Below are positions 10,818-20,580 of a DNA stretch of 64,000 nucleotides, in pieces; position 1 is the stretch's first letter, and each line of letters opens with the position of its first letter. The DNA is from a virus (lineage: Duplodnaviria; Caudoviricetes). The DNA lies in IMG/VR virus record IMGVR_UViG_3300027486_000276, positions 1 through 64,000 of that record. One strand, written 5' to 3'. The notes beneath the pieces were generated by a model, which saw nothing but the letters and a program-made list of their open reading frames with translations, had not been told where the DNA came from and searched no databases. Made by a program: the position numbers and the translations under genes.

Positions 10818-12853
10818 ATGTCTCTCCAATATAGCCCCAAAATTACAACCGATGGTTTAGTGATGTGTTTAGATCCATCACAAAATAAATCATATCCAAC
10901 TGATTTGCCTGTGAAAGGCGGATTGGTTATGTGGATGGATGCGGCAGATGATAGCACATTTAGTTATAGTTCTGGAACTACAGTGAGCCAATGGAGAGAC
11001 AAGAGTGGATACAATTATCACATGGTTCCTGTTTCTGCTGGACCAACTAGAAATGCTTTTTTGAATTCAAGAAAAGTATTAGCTTTTACTAATACTCAAG
11101 ATATACAAAATTTATCTATTGATTTAAGAACTTCAGCTTATAGCGTTTTTGTAGTTGATAGATATACAAGCCCATCTTCTGGGACAGGGAGAATATTAAC
11201 ATCGAATTCAGGATTAAATAATTGGTTATTAGGTCATTGGGCGAGCGAAGTTAATAAATATTATGCTAATGGATGGGTGTATCAAACATATGCTGCAATT
11301 GATACAAATTGGAAATTATATTTAGGTGATTGGGGTGGGTCATCTAATAATGTGGCAAATTTTTATGGAGCAGGTACTGCATTAGCTACAAATAGCACAT
11401 TCGCAACTGCTGGTCCTTGGGGATTAGGAATAAACGCTAATTCAGGCGAAAGATCAAATTGCGAAGCAGCAGAAATTATTGTATTTAATAGGCTTCTAAC
11501 AGCCACAGAAAGAAGATTGGTTCACACATATCTCGGACAAAAATGGGGTATATCTAATACTGATAGAAGTATAGTTGATTTAGCGGGGAATGATGATAAT
11601 GGATTATTAGGAAATGGAACTGTGGCAAATATGCCTGTTTATAATTATTATAATAAAGGAGGATTGAGATTTAATAGCAGTTTTTCTAATTATGTTATTG
11701 GTCCAAACACAACAATCTCTGGCAGTCAAACGTTTTGTGTTTGGGCGGTTATGACAGGTAAACAAAATAGTCCTACAGGTGTTTTATCTCAACATGATTA
11801 TGTATCGACTGCTAATTTTGGAATAAATATATTAACATCAAATCAATTAGCTCCTTCGATTGGGTATACTAATGGAACTAGAGAATATCAAGACAAAACT
11901 ACAACTGGTGTTATATCTTATAATCAAATTTTTAATGCTGTTTTAGTTTATAATGCTGGTATATTAATGGAGTTTTTGATTCTGAGTACAGTTTATCATT
12001 GACTCCAAAATCAACTAATTGGCCTATTGGTTTAGGAAGATGGGATCCAAGTTATGATAATTATTATTTTGATGGTACTATTTTTTCAGCTCTGGTTTAT
12101 AATAAAGCTTTGTCACCCATTGAAGTCGCTCAAAATTACGAAGCTCAAAAGTCAAAATTTGCAAATACAATTGTACAACAAGGATTAGTATTAAATCTTG
12201 ATGCTGGTAATCCTTATAGTTATGCTGGATCTGGAACTACTTGGTATGACGTTAGCGGAAATGCTATAAATGCATCTGCGAGTGGAACATCTTCTTATGT
12301 TAATTCAAACGGTGGGTTCTTAAGTTTTCCTAATAATAATAGTTATTATAATACTTCAACAGTTTCTGCGTTGAATTTAGGATCAGCTTCATTTAGCATG
12401 GAGTGTTGGGTTTATTTAGATGCGGCAACTGCATCAGATAATACTTATAGAGGAATAATAAGCTTAGGCACAAATGCAAGCAATTATGTTTATATTGCAA
12501 AATGGCGTTCAGGTTTGTATTCTGGCTTATATGTTCAATATGTTGCAGGAGCAGCTACAATAACAGGAGTTTATCAAGCTAATGAATATAATCCGGTTTC
12601 AAAATGGACTCATGTTATAGCAACAAAATCTGGTAGTTCTTTAACTCTTTATGTGAATGGTTCTATCGTATATACAATAAATGATTTAAATACAACCTTT
12701 ACTGGAAATAGCTCTGTTTATGTCGCGCAAGCGCATGGTGGCGTTGCTTCTTTATATGGTTATGTTGGAGAATCAAGAGTTTATAATATTTCTTTATCTG
12801 CTGCTCAAGTATTGCAAAATTACAACGCTACAAAAGGAAGATTCGGATTATAA
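10818..12853 (+). pseudogene. Multi-LamG lectin gene interrupted by a frameshift near 11954-11960 (ORFs 10818-12002 and 11999-12853)
   Basis: The first ORF ends VLVYNAG followed by an aberrant tail. The frame of the second ORF is open from 11954 and reads YINGVFDSEYSLSLTPKSTNWPIG, the natural LamG continuation. Confidence 0.7.
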
Positions 12854-12854
12854 A

Positions 12855-12866
12855 GTGTAAAAAATA
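12855..12866 (+). promoter_or_regulatory. GTGTAA motif (candidate late promoter)
   Basis: GTGTAAAAAATA in the intergenic gap upstream of 12901; the motif recurs in other gaps. Confidence 0.45.
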
Positions 12867-12900
12867 TTAGAATAACTTAATTTTAGATTAAAATAAGAAA

Positions 12901-13728
12901 ATGAATACAATATTTATCCCCGTTTATCCAAAGCCATCTGGCGCAAATGTGACGCAGCTTTGCGTTGACTTTAATGCATTTGATCCTCATGAAGGAGTGA
13001 AATTCTCTGTTGTGATGAAAAATCCAGCAGGTCTAGTATTAGATAAAACTTTTACTAATCTTGCAGGAGACGACTGGCAAGACTGGCCACCTGAGCAAAC
13101 TGCTACAGCCGATTATGATTATGTAAAGAATGTGATATTAGAAAATTTAGGATACACTCAAGCTATTGCTCCATTTATTACTTCTCAACCAGTAGATCAA
13201 AAAGTTCTAGATGGACAAGCTGCTGAATTTTCCGTAGTGGCAAGCGGTGATTCTCCATTAAGTTATCAATGGGTTAAAAATGGATCAGATGTCGAAGGGG
13301 CGACTTCTTCAATTTATTCTATACCAACTGTTGGAACTGGAGATTTGGGTTCTTATAATGTTAAGATCAACAATCCAGCAGGTTCAATTACTAGCTCTAA
13401 CGCTTCATTGAATTTATTCCAAGCTCCAGTAATTACATCTCAGCCACAAAATCTTGACTTGATGGTCAGTGGGGTTGGCTACTTGAACGTGGGAGTTATG
13501 GGAGATCAGCCATTTGCTTTCCAATGGGATAAAAATGGTGAGATTATTCTAGCTGCCACTGGAAGTGCTTTTGAAATTACGAATGCTCAAATCTCTGATT
13601 CTGGAAATTACTCTGTAACAGTTAGCAATGTTGCTGGATCTGTAAAGAGTGATCTTGCTATCGTAACTGTAAATGAGCCAACTCCTCCACCTCCTCCTCC
13701 ACCAGTTCCAACTGGAGATAATGCTTAA
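12901..13728 (+). CDS. Immunoglobulin (I-set-like) two-domain virion protein with poly-Pro tail (275 aa)
   Basis: Two repeats of APxITSQP...SVxxxGxxPxxYQWxKNG...DxGxYxVxxxNxAG; ends PTPPPPPPPVP. Confidence 0.8.
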   Translation: MNTIFIPVYPKPSGANVTQLCVDFNAFDPHEGVKFSVVMKNPAGLVLDKTFTNLAGDDWQDWPPEQTATADYDYVKNVILENLGYTQAIAPFITSQPVDQKVLDGQAAEFSVVASGDSPLSYQWVKNGSDVEGATSSIYSIPTVGTGDLGSYNVKINNPAGSITSSNASLNLFQAPVITSQPQNLDLMVSGVGYLNVGVMGDQPFAFQWDKNGEIILAATGSAFEITNAQISDSGNYSVTVSNVAGSVKSDLAIVTVNEPTPPPPPPPVPTGDNA

Positions 13729-13748
13729 TTTTTAAAATATCTCTTCTC

Positions 13749-13771
13749 AAGCCCCGAAAGGGGCTTTTTTT
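13749..13771 (+). terminator. Rho-independent terminator
   Basis: AAGCCCC-GAAA-GGGGCTT hairpin followed by a T7 run, downstream of the Ig gene. Confidence 0.9.
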
Positions 13772-13781
13772 GTGTAATAAT
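13772..13781 (+). promoter_or_regulatory. GTGTAA motif (candidate late promoter)
   Basis: GTGTAATAAT immediately after the terminator and before the next gene. Confidence 0.55.
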
Positions 13782-14160
13782 GTGTATGAATTTAACAGGT
13801 ACACAAGGTAACTCTTTTTATAAGAGACTTGTTGCCCGTGACTCTGATGGAGTTGTAATGAACTTATCAGGCTTCACGGCTTCTGGATATGTAAGGGCAA
13901 GTTATGGCGCAGGATACACAAACGATAATGTGTATGTGCCAAGCTCTGGTATTTTATTAGACTTAAATCCAAAAATCATATCAGGATCAGCAGGAGAAGC
14001 TTTTGTTAGTGGATATGTTGATATCAATGTAGGAAGAACAGGAATGGCGGCTTTACCTTGCAGTTACTTACTATACGATGTTCAAGTTTTCTCGGGAGAA
14101 GATTATGCTCGTACTATTGAAGGCGGCTATTTTATAATTAATCCAGAAATAACATACTAA
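13780..14160 (+). CDS. Hypothetical virion protein (BppU N-terminal-like beta sandwich); true start may be ATG 13786
   Basis: Pattern MNLSGFTASGYVR...YDVQV...EGGYFIINPEIT resembles small phage structural adaptor domains. Confidence 0.5.
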   Translation: MCMNLTGTQGNSFYKRLVARDSDGVVMNLSGFTASGYVRASYGAGYTNDNVYVPSSGILLDLNPKIISGSAGEAFVSGYVDINVGRTGMAALPCSYLLYDVQVFSGEDYARTIEGGYFIINPEITY

Positions 14161-14161
14161 T

Positions 14162-14656
14162 ATGAAAATCGTAGACATGGCTCAAGAACTCTATTTCGAA
14201 TTAGGTCAACCAAGTGATCTATCCGTACCAGCTATCAGTTATTGGCTTAGGAGCAATATAGGTATTCTTAATAACAAGCTAAACAAAGACATTATTATAG
14301 ACGACACTTCTTTGGAGCTTTTGCCCAATTTGGGAGAAACAGAGAAGTCTATTTACAAAAAGATCTACGAATGTTATTTCTATGATCTAAAAGTCAAACA
14401 AACTTTAAATGCAATAAATGGAGATAGTTTGTTGGAAGTTACAGATGGCGGCGGAACTGTCCGTAGGATTAACAAAAATGAAACCAGCAAAATATACTTA
14501 GAAGCTAAGAAAAATATGCTTAATGAATTAACTATGATGATTAATGATTATAATATCAACGACGTTGGTCCTTTGCAAGTTGCTGGCGACGATACCGTAG
14601 CTGGTTCTTATATTACTGATAAGTATTATTCAATCAGACCATTTAATAGAGTTTAA
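14162..14656 (+). CDS. Putative head-tail connector/adaptor
   Basis: Helical 164-aa protein at the start of the neck-tail block. Positional inference. Confidence 0.45.
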   Translation: MKIVDMAQELYFELGQPSDLSVPAISYWLRSNIGILNNKLNKDIIIDDTSLELLPNLGETEKSIYKKIYECYFYDLKVKQTLNAINGDSLLEVTDGGGTVRRINKNETSKIYLEAKKNMLNELTMMINDYNINDVGPLQVAGDDTVAGSYITDKYYSIRPFNRV

Positions 14657-14658
14657 TT

Positions 14659-15099
14659 ATGGCATCTTTAATAACAGACGCACAAAGACTTAGTTTTGGA
14701 TCAAGTTATAATGATCTTTTTGATACATTATCTAGGGATATTGTCGTCTACAAAGAGCCTATTAAAAATATAACTTCTGTTAACGAAACTCCAGTATTTG
14801 GTTATCCAACAGATCAACTGCCTGATAGCGTAACTTATACGCCAGTCTCTGGTGTTTATAAAGCTAGAATATTTTATGGTAGCCCAGACGAAGACATTGT
14901 GTCTTTAAACTCTCAAATTAAAAACCCTAATACTACTGCCAGAATTAGAGTTCGTTTAGACGCTAAAGATTATATTGAAAACGGCAAAACAGAAAGAATA
15001 ACTTTCGACAATAAATCTTGGAATGTACAATATGGTTTTGTGGTCAAAAGATACATCGATGAATCTTATTATGAGTACATGATGAAGGAAATAATGTAA
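14659..15099 (+). CDS. Putative head closure/stopper protein
   Basis: 146-aa beta-rich protein; canonical synteny before the tail completion gene. Confidence 0.45.
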   Translation: MASLITDAQRLSFGSSYNDLFDTLSRDIVVYKEPIKNITSVNETPVFGYPTDQLPDSVTYTPVSGVYKARIFYGSPDEDIVSLNSQIKNPNTTARIRVRLDAKDYIENGKTERITFDNKSWNVQYGFVVKRYIDESYYEYMMKEIM

Positions 15100-15713
15100 T
15101 GGCTACAATAAATAAAACAATTCTAAATAGAGAAGTCAAAAAACTTCTTTTCAGTAAAGACGTTCAAAATTTAGCCTATCAAAAAGCCGAAAAAGAATTT
15201 CAAAGACTTAAAAATCAAACAATAAAAGAGTTCGATCAGCATCCAGTTACCGTAGAATTAGAAATGGGTGCCGAAGGAAAGAACATATCAAAAACATTAC
15301 CCGGAACAAAGCCTGACTCTAATTTGTTTTCATTTATTGGATTTGATCAAGACTCTCAGCCTACGCAACAGGTAAGGCAAGTTTTAGAAGAAGAAATTTT
15401 ACTAAATAGAATTCCCAAAACAAGAACAACAGAAACAGGCGTTCGATTTGAATTCCCTGTTTCAGTTCCCACTTTAAAGTCAATAGAGCAAAAAACTCCA
15501 TTGCCTTGGGAAACTGGAAGAAGCTGGATCAGAGGAATTGAAAGAGGTATTTCTGGATTGGGTTATTATTTGTCTGGAAAATTTAAGTCTCCTGAACCTA
15601 GCCGATCTGGTGGTGGTATTCAAGCAGAAGATAAAGTTAGATCGGGTTCTTTCTCTACTGTAAAATACTTGAGTACAATACTAAAAAATCTAAAAGATAA
15701 ACTCAAACAATGA
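15099..15713 (+). CDS. Putative tail completion/neck protein
   Basis: Basic 204-aa protein with start/stop overlaps on both sides; synteny. Confidence 0.45.
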   Translation: MATINKTILNREVKKLLFSKDVQNLAYQKAEKEFQRLKNQTIKEFDQHPVTVELEMGAEGKNISKTLPGTKPDSNLFSFIGFDQDSQPTQQVRQVLEEEILLNRIPKTRTTETGVRFEFPVSVPTLKSIEQKTPLPWETGRSWIRGIERGISGLGYYLSGKFKSPEPSRSGGGIQAEDKVRSGSFSTVKYLSTILKNLKDKLKQ

Positions 15714-16558
15714 AACCGCAATTTGACAACCAAATATCTTCATCGTTTTTAATGTGGTTTGATCACACTCTATTATCCAAGGGTGAAGCTTACTATAATG
15801 TAACCACTGCATTTCCTGCTAATTCTTCTTATGTGAATGGCTTTTATGCTTATAACGGACCTTACAAAGGTTTAGTTTATGATTCTTCTATTGCTGGAGC
15901 GACGGTAATGACAGGAGTTACCATAAACGGCGCAAATTATAATCTAGGTCAAAATCCTTTAAGTGGTATAAACTATTCAGAAGGGCAGATTTATTTAAGT
16001 TCTGGATCTTTAAATGTTTCTGGTACTTATTCAGTTAAAGAATTTAATGTGTTAATGACATCTCAACCAGAAGAGGTGCTACTATTTGAAACTCAATATG
16101 TTAGAAGAAATAAAACTCCTGCTGGATCTTTAAAAGACTCTTTAAAAGAAAACACAATAACTTACCCTGTAATTTTCATCAAAAATAATGGAAGCACAAA
16201 TGATCCTTGGGCTTTCGGCGGCACAGATGAAACAAGGGTAGATTTTAGAGCTATTGTTATCGCTGATTCGCAATATACATTAGATGCAGTTTGTTCATTA
16301 TTTAGAGATAGAAATTATGATAATGTTCCTCTAATTGATACAACATATAATCCATTTAATGTTTTGGGAAGTTTTAAGAGTGGAGTAGTTTTTAATTATG
16401 ACAAAATAACTAGCGGAAAAGACTACTGCATGATAGATAGAGTTTCCGTCTCAAAGATTGCAGGTGTAAGAGATAGGGAGAACAACATTAATCCCGGTTC
16501 TTATTATGGGTTGATTGACTTTGAATTAGTTAAATTTAGACAACCAAAACAAACATAA
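15710..16558 (+). CDS. Putative tail terminator protein
   Basis: Directly precedes the tube genes; C-terminal TYPVIFIK...DFRAIVIADS alpha/beta pattern. Positional inference. Confidence 0.5.
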   Translation: MKPQFDNQISSSFLMWFDHTLLSKGEAYYNVTTAFPANSSYVNGFYAYNGPYKGLVYDSSIAGATVMTGVTINGANYNLGQNPLSGINYSEGQIYLSSGSLNVSGTYSVKEFNVLMTSQPEEVLLFETQYVRRNKTPAGSLKDSLKENTITYPVIFIKNNGSTNDPWAFGGTDETRVDFRAIVIADSQYTLDAVCSLFRDRNYDNVPLIDTTYNPFNVLGSFKSGVVFNYDKITSGKDYCMIDRVSVSKIAGVRDRENNINPGSYYGLIDFELVKFRQPKQT

Positions 16559-16564
16559 AAATAT

Positions 16565-18226
16565 ATGCCAAGAAATAGAGTAATTTACCAAAATGAAGCG
16601 TTATATGTTGGTCCTTCGCCAGCTATATCTGGTCACTATAAATTCGTGACAGGAAGTTATATTAACGTCCCTACTCAAAAATTAAATCAATTAGACCCTC
16701 TCGCTTCAAGAACTTTAGCTTCAGGAAATAGCACTACTAACGCTACTGTTGCTATTATGCAAGGAGGCTTGGCTCCAAATTTAGCTAATTTAGATCGTGT
16801 TCAAAGCATTAATTATAACTTTAATGTAGCAAGAAGAGACGTTAATCAATTTGGAAATTTAGCTGCAATAGATAGGGTTATTATAGATCAGCCAGTAGTA
16901 AATATTGATTTTAATTATTTACAAAATGGATTTAAGAATGAAGAAGAATTAGGTTTTCAGGTTACTACTTTAAAGAGAAGCGCGGCAGTAAATTTAACAA
17001 TAGTTGCTTCTGGGCAGTCAGAATATGGAATAACGGCTGCTTCTGTCGCTGATGGAGGTCAGGGATATTTAAATTCGTTTACATTAACTCTTCCTCAAGC
17101 AGGTGGGAATGTGCCTCCAGTTCTTTCTTTTGGAGTTGCTACTGGAGGATTGTACGCAGGTCAAGCTACAGGAGTTTCTATTACAAATCGAGGATCAGGG
17201 GTAATCTTTATAAATTCATCTCAAGTCGCTTCACCAAATTCTTACATAAATGTTCCTGTTAATGTTGGAATTGGTGGAAGTTCTGATGGCAAATCTTTTT
17301 CTCCAACACTCGCTAATAACTATCCAGAAGGTACTTCTAGCATTGTAGATGTAACTTGCTTGAGCGGAATACTTACAAAAGCAAGTGATGAAAGGAATCT
17401 ATTTGTAAGAACTGTTCCTCAAGGAAATGACGTTAGCATTGCAACAACTGGCACATTAGATCAAGCAATTATTGCTTTTGGAAATACGGTTATTACAAAT
17501 TATACTATTAATGCAGCAGTAGGAGATATTCCAAATGTAGCAATTAGTAACGAAGCTAGAAATTTTTCTATAGTTACTGGAGATAATGATTTCAAATCTA
17601 GTGCTGCTGGTAAACGTTATCCTTTACCTTCAATAGATGAAGATGGCACAAGAGTAAATGGAACATATTCTCTTCCAGATTTTAATAGTAGATCAGACCT
17701 ATCACAAAATATATCTGCATTTAGACCCGGAGGCATTATCCTTGATTTAACTCCATTCTATGCTTCTGGAGGATTAGGAATCGATACAAGAACGTCTTCT
17801 TTAAATGCTCAAAATTTCACTTTATCAATGGGTTTATCTAGAGAATCTTTAAATAAACTTGGAAATACTTTCAATTTTGCAAAAGAAATTACTTTCCCAA
17901 TTAGCTACAGCTTCTCTGTAAATGTTTTAGTTTCAGAAATAGCAACAGGTAATTTGGTTGATATAGTATCAAATAGAGATATTAAGTTTGACACTTCAGT
18001 ATCTTTTATCAAGCCCGGAACTGAAAATTCAAGTTTTGGAAGAATAACGGGAGTAAAATACGTTATTAAATCAGCTCAATTAGAATCTTTGGATTTTAGT
18101 TCTTCAATTGGAGCTAATAAAACAGCCACTTTAACCTTTGGAGGTCAAATGAGTTCTCCTCAAGATTCCACTAAAGGTGTATTTATGCAGGGAGATTATT
18201 GGATGCAAAGACAAGAAATCATATAA
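16565..18226 (+). CDS. Tail tube protein paralogue A (553 aa) with a ~120-aa inserted decoration domain
   Basis: Near-identical N-terminus to the next gene (MPRNRVIYQ; RVQSxNYNFNxARRDVNQFGNLAAIDR; SSSIGANK). Confidence 0.7.
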   Translation: MPRNRVIYQNEALYVGPSPAISGHYKFVTGSYINVPTQKLNQLDPLASRTLASGNSTTNATVAIMQGGLAPNLANLDRVQSINYNFNVARRDVNQFGNLAAIDRVIIDQPVVNIDFNYLQNGFKNEEELGFQVTTLKRSAAVNLTIVASGQSEYGITAASVADGGQGYLNSFTLTLPQAGGNVPPVLSFGVATGGLYAGQATGVSITNRGSGVIFINSSQVASPNSYINVPVNVGIGGSSDGKSFSPTLANNYPEGTSSIVDVTCLSGILTKASDERNLFVRTVPQGNDVSIATTGTLDQAIIAFGNTVITNYTINAAVGDIPNVAISNEARNFSIVTGDNDFKSSAAGKRYPLPSIDEDGTRVNGTYSLPDFNSRSDLSQNISAFRPGGIILDLTPFYASGGLGIDTRTSSLNAQNFTLSMGLSRESLNKLGNTFNFAKEITFPISYSFSVNVLVSEIATGNLVDIVSNRDIKFDTSVSFIKPGTENSSFGRITGVKYVIKSAQLESLDFSSSIGANKTATLTFGGQMSSPQDSTKGVFMQGDYWMQRQEII

Positions 18227-18251
18227 TAATTTCTCAAAACAGAATAAAAAA

Positions 18252-18261
18252 TGTAATAATA
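18252..18261 (+). promoter_or_regulatory. Variant TGTAATAATA motif (candidate late promoter)
   Basis: Lies in the gap upstream of tube gene B. Confidence 0.45.
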
Positions 18262-18286
18262 AAAAGAAATTTAAAGGATTAAAAAT

Positions 18287-19471
18287 ATGCCAAGAAATCG
18301 TGTAATTTACCAATCAGAAGCGTTATTCAACACAAAAGACAGTGTTGACGTAACGTCTTCTACACCACCACAAACTGGAGCTTTATATATTAACCAGTTT
18401 TCTCGCGTCCAATCTTGTAATTATAACTTCAATATTGCAAGAAGAGACGTTAACCAATTCGGCAATCTAGCCGCTATTGATCGTATTATTCTAGAGCAGC
18501 CCACTGTAGGAGTTGATTTTACTTATTTGCTAACAGATATGGCTAATGAGAAGAATCTTGGCTTCTCGGTTATTGACGCTGGCATTACTGGTATTGTTAA
18601 CATAACTAGTGCTGCTGCTACTCAATCTTGTTTGTCTGGAATTCTCACTAACGGATTTGTTAATACAAAAAATTATTTCATCAGAACAGTTACCGAAGGT
18701 AATGACGCTTCTTCTTTTGCTGGTGATACTGCCGCTAACCAAACAGTAGGAAGCACAATTGGGTTAGGAAACGGTTTCTTAACTAATTATTCGATTAATG
18801 CCGCTGTAGGAGATTTCCCAACTACTTCTGTTAGTTTGGAATGCTTAAACATGAATTTCAGCAATGGAAATTCAGGCGCAGCCCCCGGAGTCACTTCTGC
18901 TGGAAACGTTGCTGGAGGAACTTTCGTTCTTCCTCAAGCTACTGGTAATCCAAATGGCGAAAATCCTCTTGGAAAAGTCGCTGCTCTTAGACACGGAGAT
19001 ATCTCTTTCTCTCTAACAAAGACTCAAGGTCAGTCTTATGGTGGTACAGATTTAACTACTTCTGCCGCTATTCAAAACTTCTCTATCTCAATGGGTTTAA
19101 ATAGAACTCCATTGCAAAAGATCGGAAGCAGATACGCTTATTCAAGAGAAATTGATTTCCCAGTTACCGTAACTCTTTCTGTTACAGCTTTAGTACAAGA
19201 TCTTACTACTGGCAACTTGGTTGATCTAGTAAATACAGACGGTCTTTATGATGCCGTTATTACTCTTGCTGCCCCTGCTATTGCTAACACAGATTTAATT
19301 GCCAGCGAGGGAGTTGGTTACGTTATGAAGAGACTTAACTTGGATTCACAAGACTTCTCTTCTTCAATCGGAGCTAATAAGCAGGTCACATTGAACTTCT
19401 CTACTCAAGTTGGTTCTCCTCAACAAAACGACAGAGGATTGTTCATGCTTGAGACATTGCCTCTCCACTAA
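18287..19471 (+). CDS. Major tail tube protein, paralogue B (394 aa)
   Basis: Own upstream motif, downstream terminator, followed by chaperones and the TMP; S/T/G-rich beta protein. Confidence 0.75.
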   Translation: MPRNRVIYQSEALFNTKDSVDVTSSTPPQTGALYINQFSRVQSCNYNFNIARRDVNQFGNLAAIDRIILEQPTVGVDFTYLLTDMANEKNLGFSVIDAGITGIVNITSAAATQSCLSGILTNGFVNTKNYFIRTVTEGNDASSFAGDTAANQTVGSTIGLGNGFLTNYSINAAVGDFPTTSVSLECLNMNFSNGNSGAAPGVTSAGNVAGGTFVLPQATGNPNGENPLGKVAALRHGDISFSLTKTQGQSYGGTDLTTSAAIQNFSISMGLNRTPLQKIGSRYAYSREIDFPVTVTLSVTALVQDLTTGNLVDLVNTDGLYDAVITLAAPAIANTDLIASEGVGYVMKRLNLDSQDFSSSIGANKQVTLNFSTQVGSPQQNDRGLFMLETLPLH

Positions 19472-19490
19472 TTAAATAAATATCAACTTC

Positions 19491-19521
19491 AAAGCCCCAG
19501 CCTAAAAACTGGGGCTTTTTT
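19491..19521 (+). terminator. Rho-independent terminator
   Basis: AAAGCCCCAG-CCTAAAAA-CTGGGGCTTT hairpin plus T run. Confidence 0.9.
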
Positions 19522-19531
19522 GTTTTTATGC

Positions 19532-19543
19532 GTGTAAATATTA
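19532..19543 (+). promoter_or_regulatory. GTGTAA motif (candidate late promoter)
   Basis: GTGTAAATATTA about 10 nt after the terminator. Confidence 0.55.
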
Positions 19544-19569
19544 TTGGATAAAGGTATTTCAAAGGTATT

Positions 19570-19788
19570 ATGGCTATGGATATAAAAATGAAAGAGTTTG
19601 TTCTCTTTCAAAATCGGCGTAAAGTTATTAATCTATATAAAAACTTTTTAATCTTACTTGAAGATTTAAAAGAAGATGGTTATAATATAACTGAAGATAA
19701 GTATCAAAGGCTAAGAAAAAAAGTTCTTGATTCTGGCAATGATACTATCAGACAGTTCGAAGAAGAACTAAATAATATAGATTTATAA
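19570..19788 (+). CDS. Small hypothetical helical protein (72 aa)
   Basis: AAAGGT repeats upstream; stop overlaps the start of the next gene. Confidence 0.6.
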   Translation: MAMDIKMKEFVLFQNRRKVINLYKNFLILLEDLKEDGYNITEDKYQRLRKKVLDSGNDTIRQFEEELNNIDL

Positions 19789-20528
19789 TGAAAACGATAT
19801 ACGAATTTGCAATAAATAAAGAAGGCGTTGTAAAAGAGACAGAAGAGTCTGTAAACGAGGCTGGTCAAAAAGTCACGATTACCAAAGATGTAACTACTCA
19901 GATTCCTCATAACTATTTTATCAAAAAGCCTACTAGAGCTTTGTTTGACGAAGCTGAATTGTTTTATGGCGTTAAGCTTTCTGAAGGAGTAAAAGCTGGT
20001 CTTCTTACTCGTACACTACTAAACAAGAGATACGTTGATGATGGCGGAATCTTAGCAGACAAGACTAAGAATGCAGAAGCCGATGCTTACAAGGATCTCT
20101 ATGACGCTCAAAACGAACTACAAAGACTTCTTGCTTTAGAAGAAAAAGATCGACCAGATTATTTTGCAGCAAAAAAAGAAGAGTTAGAATCCAAGATTAC
20201 TGTAATTAAAAACTCTCTAACAGAACTAGAGATGCAAAAAGAATCCTTGTTTGATAATACCGCAGAAACAAGGGCGCGTAATAAAGTAATTACTTGGTGG
20301 ATATTATTTTTGTCATACTATGAGAAAAACGGGGAGAAACAACCATTCTTTGGTGAAGGAGATTATGAAACCCGAATGAACAGGTATGACGAAATTTTTG
20401 AATCAGAAGATCCTCATCTAGTAAAGGTGGCTAATGCTTTCATTTACTTTATTAGCTTCTGGTATGTTGGTAGAGCAAATTCGAAGGAAGACTTCGATGT
20501 ATTAAAGTTAGAACAAAAAATCTTTTAA
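19788..20528 (+). CDS. Putative tail assembly chaperone 1
   Basis: Charged, helical protein between the tube and TMP genes (lambda G position). Confidence 0.55.
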   Translation: MKTIYEFAINKEGVVKETEESVNEAGQKVTITKDVTTQIPHNYFIKKPTRALFDEAELFYGVKLSEGVKAGLLTRTLLNKRYVDDGGILADKTKNAEADAYKDLYDAQNELQRLLALEEKDRPDYFAAKKEELESKITVIKNSLTELEMQKESLFDNTAETRARNKVITWWILFLSYYEKNGEKQPFFGEGDYETRMNRYDEIFESEDPHLVKVANAFIYFISFWYVGRANSKEDFDVLKLEQKIF

Positions 20529-20549
20529 TTTCTTGCATTAATTAATCCT

Positions 20550-20575
20550 AGCCCCTGCGCGAGCGGGGGCTTTTT
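20550..20575 (+). terminator. Rho-independent terminator
   Basis: AGCCCCTGC-GCGA-GCGGGGGCT hairpin (GNRA loop) plus T5. Confidence 0.85.
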
Positions 20576-20580
20576 AGCAT

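Noticed and set aside
6930-12853. Diversity-generating retroelement acting on lectin C-termini
   Set aside because: No reverse transcriptase is in the window, and I saw no near-identical TR/VR pair with adenine-specific mismatches. The similarity is protein-level paralogy.
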